A stretch of DNA of 63,371 nt from Chlorokybus atmophyticus. Taxonomy: Eukaryota > Plantae > Mesostigma and Chlorokybus algae. Where the stretch lies: NCBI GenBank assembly GCA_009103225.1, contig RHPI01000638.1, forward strand, positions 682,630 to 746,000, in the 5' to 3' direction. The notes below the pieces were generated by a model, which was not told where the DNA came from, ran no database searches, and saw only the letters and a program-made list of their open reading frames with translations. Of this stretch, positions 1-12,240 are shown piece after piece; within the stretch, counting starts at the first letter, position 1; every line of letters starts with the position of its first letter. Made by a program: the position numbers and the translations under genes.

Positions 1-238
1 GGGGCGCCGTGAGAATTGCAGTTGCAACGTGGCTCGCATTCCACGGACACATGCAATGCTGATCATGGTCTACTTGAAGTCGTTTTGGGCGGCGGGGGGG
101 GCGCAATTACGATCAACAAACCATACGAGCTAGCAGCCATGACATGGACAAGCAGTCGACTTCAGCTTGGGACACAAATTAATAAGTCAGATAAGGCCAT
201 GCAGACATGAGTTCTTTGCTAGAGGAAAACCTGCTGAC

Positions 239-570
239 CCGCAGAGCTTTACTTCACCCGCGTCTTCACGCACCTCCCCGCAACAGCATCCTCTTTCAGG
301 CCATTCCAGGGTAGAAGACGAGGTGGCTGGCGAGGAGACCTCAGGAACAGCAGCCTCAGCGGATGCGGAGGCGGAGGTGGTAGGGGAGGGGGAGGCGGAG
401 GCGGAGGCGGAGGCGGAGGCCCGTGCAGCGACGCCCCGGTGCAGCGAAACAGCCAGCACCCCAGGTACATGCCTGACCCGGGGTATCAACAACACAGCAC
501 CAGCTGTTCTGGGAGGCGCTGCCCTCGCTAGCAACGCCACCACGGCCGCCGCCGCCGCCGTCATCGCCAT
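239..570 (-). CDS. Probable first exon of an organellar (bacterial-type) aspartyl-tRNA synthetase; the gene continues off the left edge
   Basis: ATG at 570 opens an Ala/Ser/Arg-rich transit-peptide-like stretch, then LEWPERGCCCGEVREDAGEVKLCG. This resembles the R-x-x-x-CGE...V-x-LCGW start of bacterial-type AspRS. A GT donor at 238 follows the CG codons. The next exon was not found in the window. Confidence 0.5.
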
Positions 571-898
571 GGCCGCGAGCACAGCAGTGCGGTTAGCAGT
601 GACCGCAATGCAAACCACGTCAATTTGATATCGATGACAATCTTGTACAAACCGCGGGTGTCAAGCCTTCAAGACGGATGTCACTAGGCTTCTAGGGATA
701 GAATCAACTCGCCGTCGATAGGAATATACCAATGAATCCGTCACTTTGAATATAATGTGGTGCACAAACCAGCAACCCCAACGCTTCCGCCGCCGACGAC
801 GAGGACGACGGCGACGACGACGCCGCCACTGACGTCCACCCCTTGAGCACACAGTTGCCTTGCCTGCTAGCTAGGCATTCGCTGCATTGGTGTCTGAG

Positions 899-2657
899 AT
901 GGCGGCGCTGGCGGGTTCATTGTCGCTGGGGGAATGCCGGGGCCTAAGGCGGGAGGGCGGCCTGGTGGGGCAGCAGGCAAAGCCCTGGAGGGCGGCGTGC
1001 CGGCCGCTGTCGTCACCCTCGCCGACCGGCACGTCCTCTCCGTCGTCCTCGTCATCTGGCAGGGCGGCTCACATAGAGGTGGTTGCGCTAGTCCAGACGG
1101 GTGAGCGGCGCCCGAAAGCCGCGTCCACCTCCGCCGCCGCCGGACCCGCCAGGCGAGGCGATGCCATCCGCCTGGCGCTGCCGTCAAAGGGCCGCATGGC
1201 TGAAGATACGCTTGCTCTTCTGAACGATTGCCAGCTTTCCGTCAGGAAGGTACATAATGCACGAGCATCCTATCTCTTTCTAAGCTGTGGCATTATTGTG
1301 AACTGTTGTCTCGCACACTTTGGCTCGGCTCATTCGGGTGACAGAGCACTGCATGGTTGTATACAAGCATCGTTTTTGGTGAAGCTGCGCATGCTGAACA
1401 AGTGTGTAACACTCCACAAGCAATCTTATTGACTCTGGATATGCCCTCTATTCTGCATGTTGCATTACGTTCTGTGACAGCGTCCTGGGCTATTTGCATG
1501 TTGTTGGCATGCTCAGTGCAATGTTGTGTGTGCTAGGCCAACCCAAGGCAGTACATAGCCGCCATGCCGGAAATGGAGGGTGTGGAGGTGTGGTTTCAGC
1601 GCGCTAGCGATGTTGTGCGGAAGCTGCGCACGGGGGATGTGGACTTTGGTATCGTTGGCAATGACATGGTTGCTGAGATTGGGGAGGGAGACTCCAACCT
1701 TATGATCATCCATGATGCTTTGGATTTTGGCCACTGTCATCTTGCACTCGCGGTAAGTGGTTTGTGCATGCATGCTAACTTAGTCCATTCCAAACAAAGC
1801 CAGTATGACATGCTGTTTTTGTTTTGCATCTCACAAGTGCATTCCGTACACAGATCCCCATGCATGGCAAGTTTGCAGACGTCAATTCCTGGGAGGAGCT
1901 TGCGGCCATGCCAGATTGGACCCCCGAGACACCCATGCGAGTGGTGACTGGTTACATGCATGTAAGTGTTTTTGGGTCCATGTGATGGGCGCTCGGTTGG
2001 ATGATCTGTTTCTTCACGTGCACTGCTCATAAAGCTGACTGGTTTCCTTGGTGTCATCAGGTCGGGGAGAAGTTCTTTGCGGACAGGGGTTTCAAGCACG
2101 TCGCTTTGCTGACAGCAGATGGAGCCCTGGAGGCTGCTCCCGCGATGGGCACGGCAGACTTGATCCTGGACCTTGTGAGCACGGGTGTGACGCTGCGGGA
2201 GAACAACCTCAAGCAGATCACTGGTGGGCGGGTTTTAGACTCGCAAGCTGTGCTAGTAGCCAACCGCAGGACGCTCGAGAGCAGTTCCGCTGCGTTGGAG
2301 GTCGCGCATGAGCTCATCGAGCGCCTGGAGGCTCATCTGCGCGCTGCCGGTCAGTTCTCCGTCACAGCCAACGTGCGTGGGCGCTCTGCAGAGCAGGTTG
2401 CTGCGGCTTTGCTGGCAGAACCCGCTTTGCACGGGCTGCAGGGACCCACTGTGGCCCCCGTGTACGCGCCTTCAGAGGCAACTGACGGCGAGCGGTACTT
2501 TGCCGCCACCATCTGTGTGCCTAAACGCCGGTTGTACAGCGCCGTTAAGCAACTAAGGCACATTGGCGGTTCTGGCGTGCTCGTTGCGCCGCTCACGTAC
2601 ATCTTCGAGGAAGAGCCACCAAGGTGGCGGGCTGTGCTTGACGCTCTTGGTCATTGA
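899..2657 (+). CDS. hisG: ATP phosphoribosyltransferase (long form, plastid-targeted); exons 899-1249, 1537-1752, 1854-1961, 2061-2657
   Basis: Motifs IRLALPSKGRMAEDT, DVVRKLRTGDVDFGIVGND, GALEAAPAMGTADLILDLVSTGVTLRENNLK and C-terminal GGSGVLVAPLTYIF. GT-AG introns join the exons in frame; TGA at 2655-2657. Confidence 0.96.
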
Positions 2658-3346
2658 TTGCGCATAGCTACGTGTCGTCGTCACAAATTGCCTTAGTGAC
2701 CAAACTAGCGTAAGGGTATTGACAGTCTGCCAGTACAATTAGATAGTACTGGCATACTCACAGAGTGCTCGCATGGCGGCCAAGCTGCGTGTTGGCAATA
2801 TGCTTGGATGCAGCATAATTTTATCTGTAAGCGCCATGCCTGCGTGTAAGTAATGCATGCAGCTTGCAGCTTGCATGCAGGTATGGCGTGGCAACACTTT
2901 AGGAACTTGAGTCAGCATGCTGAACTTGTAGCATGTTCCCACGCAAGAGGAGGCAAGCTTGAGTAGTGGTAGCAGTCTCACGCTGCGCAATCTTACCACC
3001 CACCTGTTTGTTGCTGCTGTGGCGCTGATGCTTGAATCTGACTTCTTTGATTGGGGTGTGGGCCAGCCGATGTTTGCACGTGCTGCTTGCGGTTGCTCAG
3101 CCACAAAAACCTATGTCTCCTGGTGTCGGCAATGCACCAGGACATATAGGTTTACCAAACCAATGATGTCGTGTGCCTTTTGCAAATAGCTGTGCAGCTA
3201 GTCAGACAACATCGAGTGCACCTACTCTCTGAGTGTCTTGCACTGAACCGATCTGCGAGCAGCTGACACTTGCCTCTGAACCACAGCAAACCAAATTGAG
3301 CGCCACTAGCCATTGTGCGAGCAGTGGCGGCGCCGCCGGCGGCGGC

Positions 3347-6300
3347 ATGGCGGACGTCTTCGCGGGGCTCGTCGGCGGCGTTCGCTTCGACCGCCGGCGC
3401 TTCCAGCAGGACTTAGAGGCCTTCCAGCCGCAAGGCGCCGATAGCAGGGCTGCTGCCGCACCCGCCCAGTCAAACCACGCCTCCGCCCCGGCCGCCAAGC
3501 AGACGCCCGAGGAGGCGGCCAACCTGCTCCGCAAGCGCCACGGCATCAAGGCGCAGGGCTCGCACGTCCCGACCCCTCTAGTAGGTGCGTGAACCCACCA
3601 TAAGCATGCATGCGAGCTTGGTGTCGGAGGCTGGCACAGTGTTGTTGATACCGTAGCGTTGCTCCAGGGTTTGTATTCAACATCTTGTGAAGATGTTGAT
3701 TACAAATAATTGTTATGGTAGACAACCATGAGCTGTAGTGACCATGATGGCGCCCCTTACTAGAGCTGGTCACGCACGTACGCACGCAGATGTAGGGTAC
3801 ACGCAGGAGCTGCATGCATAAGTTCATCGGCAATGTACAGCTAGTGTTGCTTACAATGCTTCGATTGCAAAAGGGGCTGCTTGCACAATGCTGCTCTTGT
3901 TCCTGTCGTAATCGAGCCGCACAACGCTCATGGACAATGCAACCTGTGCAGGCTTTGACGAGCTTGGGAGGCAGTACGGCTGCCCTCCTCGCATTTCAGC
4001 TCGCATATTGGAGCTCGGCTATGCGGACCCGACACCAATTCAACGCCAGGCCTTGCCTGCTATGCTGCAAGTAAGTGTTAGATTTGTGTTGGGCAGTCAT
4101 AAACCCAGACGCGTAATCAATGAGCTGATGCGCACACTACACAGGGACGAGACATGCTTGCTGTAGCGCCGACCGGCTCTGGCAAGACCCTTGCATTTCT
4201 CCTGCCAATAGTCCTAGCACTCAAGGTGCGTTGCAGTGGTGAATTTAAGCGGTGGAAAAGAACATTATGTTGATCTGCATGAGGCGATAGAGTTTGCTGC
4301 GTTTGTTTGATCAGAGGAGCAAACAAGATGCACCGACAGTGCGAGCGGTCATCCTGAGTCCAACCAAGGAATTGGCTGCTCAGGTGAAGGGTTGATGCTG
4401 TCACGCTCTGTTTGCCTGTACAGCCATGTAAGCACAGAACCATATGCAAAACACTATAACAACTTGCAGCTCATGCCTATTCTGTGCAAAACAATGGTTA
4501 TTGACACATGTTGTGAAGCAACTGCAGCCGGTTGTGCAGTGGGGGTGAACATTATTGCCCTGATCGTGCCCTTGCAGACAGGCCGGGAGCTGGCGCGGTT
4601 GGCAACTGGCACGGGCACGCATCTGACATGCGTGGTGCTGTCCAAGGCACAAGCGAAGTCCCGTGATTTTCTTGCACACCCTGTTGATATTATCATCTCC
4701 ACGCCGCTGCGGCTTAAGCATCTGATTGAAGAACAGCGGGTCAGCCTTAGCACGTGAGTGTGCTCTGTCCCAGCGAAAATGTCAAGATGTATAGCAATAT
4801 GCCGATGAGCTTACATGAACATGCAGTGTCAGCCATTTGGTACTGGACGAAGCAGACAAGCTGCTGGAGATGGGCTTCATTGAACAGGTGATCACTTGTT
4901 TTATGTGTGCACAATCTCGCATTGTGGGCCAACTTTTTATTCCTATGTGCGCGCTGCTGTTGGAACAATACCCACCCCCTTGCTGGTTTCGTTGCTGTAC
5001 ATGTCATGCATGCGAGCTTGCACTGTCACCACAGTCTAACCAATGTCATGTGCAGATAGATGGGATCCTCGCTGCTTCAGGCAGTCCAACGAAACGATCC
5101 AATATTGCCCTCTTTACGGCAACACTGCCAGAAGGCTTGGAAGAACTTGCACGTACTGTGACAGTTGATCCTATTCGTGTGGTGGTGGGTGTCAGGTACA
5201 TGCAAGTGCATGCATACCATGCACTGTGGCTGTGTGATTACGGTTTGGGTTGGTGTTGCGCTGCTCAGTGAGTCCGTGCGCATTCTCTTACCTTGCACAA
5301 TCTGTAATGCTGGTTGCAGAAACACGGCTGCAAACACCATCGAGCAACGTCTCATGTTTGTGGGCACTGAGGAAGGAAAGCTGCTGGCGATTAGGCAACT
5401 GCTATGCGAGGTTTGCAGTTGATTGTTGGTTGGTTGATTCAACACTGTGTGATGCTGTTGGAGGTTTGTGCGTGAAGACATAGACTGCGGTATCATATGT
5501 CTTTCCATGGTGACTGCAGGGTATGCGACCACCTGCGCTGATATTCTTGCAAAGTAAAGAGAGGGCGAAAGAGTTGTTTAACGAGCTGAAGTTTGACAAC
5601 TTGAGAGTTGATGTGATACACTCTGATTGTACAGCTGCAAAGGTAGTCCTGTGCAGCTCGACTCTGTTTATGCTGAGTTGCATCACTGTTTGGGTTTGCA
5701 TTTGAATGTAAGTCATGGGCCAGAAAGTCAGAAGCTGCGTTCTGCTGCAAACGAGTGTGTACAACCCGTGTGTTCTTAGCCTGTCATTCACCTTAAAAGT
5801 TTGATCTGCAGCGCGCTTCGGTCGTAGAAAGGTTCAGAGCTGGAGAGGTTTGGGTGTTGATTGCAACAGATGTAATGGCGCGCGGGATGGACTTCAAGGG
5901 CGTGAACTGCGTCATCAACTTTGACGTGCCGCAGTCAACCGCGTCATACATCCACAGGATAGGTGCGTACAGATTGCAAGCGCCAGCTGAATGAACATTA
6001 ACACGATAGCGTGCCTGTAAGTCTTAAAGTCATGCACTCTTACCAGCTTGCCTGCATGTGCACCTCTCAGACCCCTCGTGGGGTTCGTAGGGGACATTGC
6101 TCGCATGCTAAAACTGGGTGCCATATCACTGCTTAGCAGTACATCCCAACCAGCGCTGAAAGCAACTTTGCTTGCTTCTGCGTCAAATGGCGATGTTACA
6201 TCGAGTGGTATCAACAGTGTACAACATCAAGCGCTATCAACAGTGTGATAGATTCCTGGCTAATGATATGCATATGCATGCAGGTCGCAGTGGCCGAGCT

Positions 6301-6750
6301 GGGCGCACGGGATTGGCAATCACGCTATATACCGAGCAAGACACGCCGATGCTGCGCTCTTTGGCCAACGTAATTGCTGCTAGTGGTGGAGAAGTTCCCG
6401 AGTGGATGCGCAAGCTGCCCAAGCAGGTAAGTATCTTTGCTCTTGGATTGTTTGAGAGCGTGTTTGGGGGCAGGCTCGTGAGCCACATGACATAAATGGT
6501 GTGTTGCAGAGAAAGCCCAAGCATGCGAAGCCACCAGAACGAGAATCCATCAGCACGCTACCCAAGTTCGATCGGCATCTACAGCAGAAGAGAAGGTGAG
6601 TGAGGTTGCAGTCATGCTTGTGCAGATGTCTACTCGTTTGGTTTTGAGATGTGCAGCTGTTGGCTGCGAATTCATTCATAGTCATGCGTGGCCTGTTGCA
6701 GGGAGATGATTGCGGCGTCAAAGAAAAGGAAACGAGCGGCTGAGACATAG
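3347..6750 (+). CDS. DDX52: DEAD-box RNA helicase, DDX52/ROK1-like; 13 exons
   Basis: Q motif (PTPIQRQA), [58 protein letters not shown] and a basic tail. All exons join in frame through GT-AG introns; TAG at 6748-6750. The subfamily call rests on the N-terminal [10 protein letters not shown] and the C-terminal motifs. Confidence 0.9.
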
Positions 6751-7365
6751 ATTGAATATGGCCGATTGTGCCCTGCCTTGCAATCAGATCAACGTTTTGT
6801 CCCGCCAACGTGATGTATCATGCTGTTTGAACCTAACAGCACGCCCTGTGTATTTGGTCGATGCATGTTTACCAAAACTCCAAGGTGCTATTGCACATTG
6901 CGCTGGTACATAGGCAATATCACATCATGACCTACAGCAAGACTCAACGCTCATGCACTCACTCACTCAACTGGACTAGGCAAAAAACGCAGGTTAGTGG
7001 TAAGCAACAGCCAGGGAGCAACAGCCAACATTTGGTATGTGTAGTACGTGCCTAATGCACATACGGTGCCATATATGATGCCATCAGGACTGAAGGGTTG
7101 GTAAGCATGGCCTGGCTGCTCCAGTAATGAAGTCTGCATGACAAGGCCTGCAAATGTAGGCCTTGTGATCGTGGAGTACTGGTAGCACGGATGCAGCGGA
7201 TAGCACTGCCATTTTCATGGCCGCATGTTGGCCTACAATGTGCACTGATGCGTCTCATGCAATATCCATCAAGCATACTTATCACATGCCATGCGGTTGA
7301 TAACCCAGGTTATTAATCATCAGAACCAGCCTGCAAATGCCCAGCCGAACACCGGTTTCACAAAG

Positions 7366-8961
7366 CTACTGTCCAGTCTCAACATCTGACTGCTGCTGTA
7401 CAGGAGGTACAGGAGTGCCTGACTGCTGCTTCCGATCAACCTTGATGTCCACCTGCTGCACATCCTGCTCCTCCTCTTCTACCTCCTCACCGGCCGGCGC
7501 CGCCCCGTAGTCGTCGAGGTGGGTCAGCCCCGTCGGCGCCGACCGGAACAGCTCCTGGAAGTCCTCGTCGTCAACAGTCTCGTGCCCGACGCCTTCAGGC
7601 TCGGATCCGAGGTCAAAGCATTTACACTCAGCCTCTGGGTACCTCAAAGCCTGATGTGCAAAGTTGCCGGTGAGTACTTGGATATTTTCTTGTTTTTAAG
7701 CTGATGCATGACGAAGATACAACTGGTGTATATATACCTGCACCGCCGTTCTTGCTAAGTCCTCTCTCGGCACGTAAGCCTCAGGGCTGTTGACAAACTC
7801 GTCGTTCTTACCCGCGACAAGCTTGCGATGCCCGCCTCGAATTGCATCCATCAGCATGCCTGGGATCAACTCTCTGAGCTCGCACACACGGAAACTACAC
7901 AACCTGCAATGCAGTTTTCTCTCTATTTACACACCGGCACGGATGATGGTGTACGACATCCCCGACTCGACGAGGAACTCCTCCGCCCTTCGCTTCCACA
8001 CGAGCATCTTGGCGTGGTCGATCTCGTTGAGCCATGCGAAGGGGTCGTCCTTGCACCGGAGACCGCCCATGGAGCTCACCATCACCACGTCCTCTAACCG
8101 CACCTCTTGAGCGGCCTCCACCTGGACCTTCCTCCCAATCCAATCAATCTGCGTGCACGCGCGTGTGAGTAGCACCTTCTCTTACTCAACATGGAGCATA
8201 ATAACTTCATGTGTCAGGTTTGTTGCCTCTTCTGGTGGCACGTCGAAGTAGTAGAGGCTTGGGTCACCGCGGGTGAGTGCTTCAAGCGAGGGCGTGGTGG
8301 CCATCTGCGAAATGTTGTGTATGAGGAAACCTTCAGATCATGTTGTTGTGACCAGCATGTTCAGCATGCTACAGATTGTTTGAGCATGATCGCACAGACC
8401 CTCCTTTACCTTGATCACGCTGCTGGTGCACATGATGAGGGCGTCGTTGCCCGCCAGCGCGTCCTTTACCAGCTTCTTGTCGCGGATATCTCCGTAGTGC
8501 ATGCAGCTCGGAGGCAGCAGCTTGATCATCTGAGAACAGCAACACAGTGGATTGTGTTGCCTTAACAACCAGGTACACTCATTGCATGCAAGCAAAGCAT
8601 GCATGCGTGAGGTATGTTTTCTGTTTCACACCGTAAGGTAGGTAGCATGCACTGACCTCAGCATCCTGGTGATAGTCAGTCGGGAAGCGGGAGTGGCCCT
8701 GCACGTCAAACTCATCCGGCCTTTTCAGCAGCTCCTTCACCACCAGCCGTCCTAGTGCACAGCGCAGATACAAGCAAGCATTGATACAAGCATGTTGGTG
8801 TGCATGTTACTTGCTCAGCAGTTCCCCATGCATGACATCTATGGCACTTGAGGCTGCAGGGCTCGACTGCAGCAGTCATAGGATGCAAGGGGGAAGCCAA
8901 GTGAACCCTAAGTGTCACCTGTTTTCCCAGTGGCTCCGGTGACGATGACTTTCTGCTTCAT
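7366..8961 (-). CDS. NAD(P)-binding Rossmann-fold protein (atypical SDR/NmrA-like) with an acidic C-terminal extension
   Basis: MKQKVIVTGATGKTGRLVVKELLKR (GxxGxxG), PEEIDWIGRKVQVEAAQ, VVMVSSMGG, LVWKRRAEEFLVESGMSYTIIRAG, VPREDLARTAVQAL; multi-exon. Confidence 0.85.
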
Positions 8962-9695
8962 CGCTCCTCCTTCCTGAGTATTACTAGCAAATGATCGTCC
9001 CCTGCTAGCAATCCCTCCACTACTAGTTGCTGCTGCTCTCTCCGTTGCAAGCAAAGAAGCTCGCAGCAACCAGCTCAAGCCAATCCCCAGCCTCGTGATG
9101 GACTCGCAGCGTAGGCCCTACCACGGCGCAGAGTTCTCTCCACAAAGCAAAAGCACAAGGCAAAGCTCAACAGGGCAAGCCACACAGCCACACAGCCAAA
9201 GAGGCTCGGTGAGAGGCGCATCACTTCACCCATCATACAAGGTGATGTGACTCTGTCAACCGCTGTCTGTACCAAACACAACTGATGACAGCAGAGTGGT
9301 GTCAGCGGCAGACGTCCTGTGTGTGAGCAAGCTGTCAGTAGCGTCTGTTAGTAGCAGTGTCTGGACATTGCAGCTCACGGGAGAGATCCGGCACACAGAA
9401 CTAGCAACTGCTGATGTCACGAGCGTGTTTGCGTGAGAAGGATGACAATCAATGTCATCCCTCTCACAACCGCAGCATGATGCTGCGCTTCACACTCATC
9501 GGTCGGTCGACGGGCGCATCGTTTCTTGTCGCTTCTTCTTTTTTTGTGTACAACGCTCAGCAGTCTCTTGACGACATGAGCGACGAGGCGCTAGTGCTTG
9601 TGCTGATTTGCACGCCCTACTGAGGGGTAGGGCAAGGAGGAGGAGGAGGTGGTGGTGGAGAAGGAGGAGGAAGGAGAGGAGGTAGCGCCCCAGCC

Positions 9696-11429
9696 ATGGA
9701 GACGGATGCTGCATGCCAGTGGGAGGAGCATGTGAACCGGACATGCTGCTGCTTGCTTAAGCAGCAGCAGCAGCAGTACGGCCCTGCCTCCTCTTTGCTT
9801 GGAGCCCAGGCTGGCAGTCAATACACCCCACAGTTGGTTCTGTTGGTGAGTCCATGGCACGCTTCTTGATCGCTTGCATGCCGATCAATAGGTAGTATTG
9901 GTACTGTTGACATTCTGAAGTGCGTAAAGCCTGCATGCAGTGAAGCGTGGCTGGTCAGTGTATAATACTTATGTTGCATATGTGTGCTTGTCAGCAAGAA
10001 AACAAGAAAGCAGCAGCTGTTATTGATAAAGGCTCTGGACACTTGTGTGTGAAAACCCTGTGTACTTCGGCTGCAAAAAGCAAGTGTATAAGGATACCTT
10101 GCATGTGCCTTGCATGCATATTTGCAGCAAGAGCAATTCCTGCATGCATGCATGGATGCAACTTGTGGATGCGTGGTGTGTGCAGTACTCCCTTGTGGCC
10201 GTGTCGGGCGGGCTGGTTGCGGGCTTGTACATGTACGCTGCGGAGGCGCTGTGCACGCGGTCGTTCGTGTGGCTGGAGAAACGCGGGGTCGTGCGACGCC
10301 TCGCGCCCACCGCACCGCTCAACCTCTCACACGCCCTACGGAACATCTTCAACACCACCGTCTCCTACCTGCCTGTCTGGTAAACAACACCATGAGTGGT
10401 CACACGCAGACACGCGCAAGCTGAAAGTCCACATGCATGTATTCATGCATGTAAGACACACTTATCTTGTAGGTTTCTTGTTGGGCGCTACTGGCTCGGG
10501 GACATGGGGGACCGGATGGTTTTGGACTTCAACCCGCTGCGCGTGTGGCTGTTCGTGTGGGTGGGGATGTTCCTGCACGACGCATGGTTCTTCGCCATGC
10601 ACAACATCGTGCACGGACACAAGGCCATCTTCCGCATCGTTCATGCTGGCCACCACGACATGGTACACAGACTTGTATCCATTACGTTCGCATGCAAACA
10701 CGCATGTATAACTGACCTCTACTTTGTGTTTGAGCACAGAAAGCTGATCTTACAGCAAATGGCACGACTTACGGTGATGGCGAGCCCGTAGACTTATTCC
10801 TGCACATCGGGTTGTTTCACGGCCTCGTGCTGCTGTGGATGTACCTCCAACCCACGTAAGTACATCCATGCATGCATGCAGCTGTGTACCCCTCACATGC
10901 ACCAAACCAATGTTCACCATCCCATGACACAACACCCACTCAGGTGGAACCCCCTGGCGTTTCTCCTCCTGCTGGTCTTTGAAGTTAACACGGACGTGAC
11001 CGGCCACTGCGGCTACTGGCTTCCCGACTGGCTGCACGGACTCATCAGCGGAGGGGTAGGTGTTGTTATGACCTCTCAATAATGTGTTGGTGTGTGGATG
11101 TGTGACACGAGTTGTGGTTGTGTGCAGGTGGGACTGACACCAGTCATCGCTGCACGCCCGAGCGACCATTACATACACCACCTCGACCCGCGCTACAACA
11201 GATCCCTCTACTTCAGGCATTGGTAAGATACATCATGATAGCAAGCACATCAACCATATCATCATCAGTGCTCAGTCCCTTGTATTGTAGGGATTGGTTG
11301 ACGGGGACACAACGAGGGCATCACCGCCTGTTTGCCGTTGAGAAAAAGACCAATTCTGCAGCAACTGCGCCACATTGCAATGAAGTGCAGCGGAAGGCTG
11401 TGCCTGATGGGGTCAAGAAAGGTGCATAG
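9696..11429 (+). CDS. Sterol desaturase / fatty-acid hydroxylase superfamily membrane di-iron enzyme; 7 exons
   Basis: His boxes HDAWFFAMHNIVH, HAGHH, GHCG and HYIHH lie in exons 9696-9845, 10186-10379, 10473-10662, 10740-10855, 10944-11055, 11128-11222 and 11291-11429, which join in frame. The start codon is less certain than the catalytic exons. Confidence 0.85.
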
Positions 11430-12240
11430 GCTGTCCATGTGTTGCAGATGCAAAAGGTCACAGCATAGCACTCATGTGCATGAAACCCGTTGAAGGGGAG
11501 GCAAGTTGTGAAGGAAGTGTCATGAGCATGCGCAGTTGTAACAGTGTGGATTGTACATCTGCTAGTTTCTTAAGCCTAGGAGTGCTAGAGCCTGTTGTGT
11601 GGGTTGTGAGCTGCAAAGTGCACGTTTGTATATCTGTTCTTGGCGCTCAGGCAGCCCAAGGCCTGAGTCAGCCTTGTGATGGTTGTAGTGTGGCGGTGAG
11701 GTATTGCAGACTGGCATTATTGGGAAGTGTCTACTGGTCATGACATATGATGTACGAGTGAGCTAGCATTGGGGTGGGTAGTTGCGCTGGAGGGTTGTTG
11801 GGTGGGTTGGGTGGTTGGTTTTCCGGTGGTTGTACGGAGCTCATACCGAGTGTGGTCTTACATACTTGCAAAGTGTTGTAACAACGTTGAGTGCGCGGAT
11901 TGTAATAACTCAATGCTTAGTGAGCGCTCAGCGGTGGTTGGGCCAAGCTGTAACCCCGCTGAGACTCGAGACACCATCACCAACATCATGTCAAACAGAT
12001 CAGGCTTGAATGCCGCACATTGTACTGCATGTGCCAATGAGGTTGAGGACGGTAACACAGTAATACGACAGTTTGCTTGCCTGCCGGATCGCAAGTTGAG
12101 GTGTGCTGAGTAGCAGTACAACGCCGCATAGCAGTGTTGACCTCAATTGTATACGTAATGCAACTTATGTTCATTGCAACAAGAGGGGGGTGGGGTTGTA
12201 TGCATGCCAGCTGCAAGAACCAACGCTGACATACAACTCC

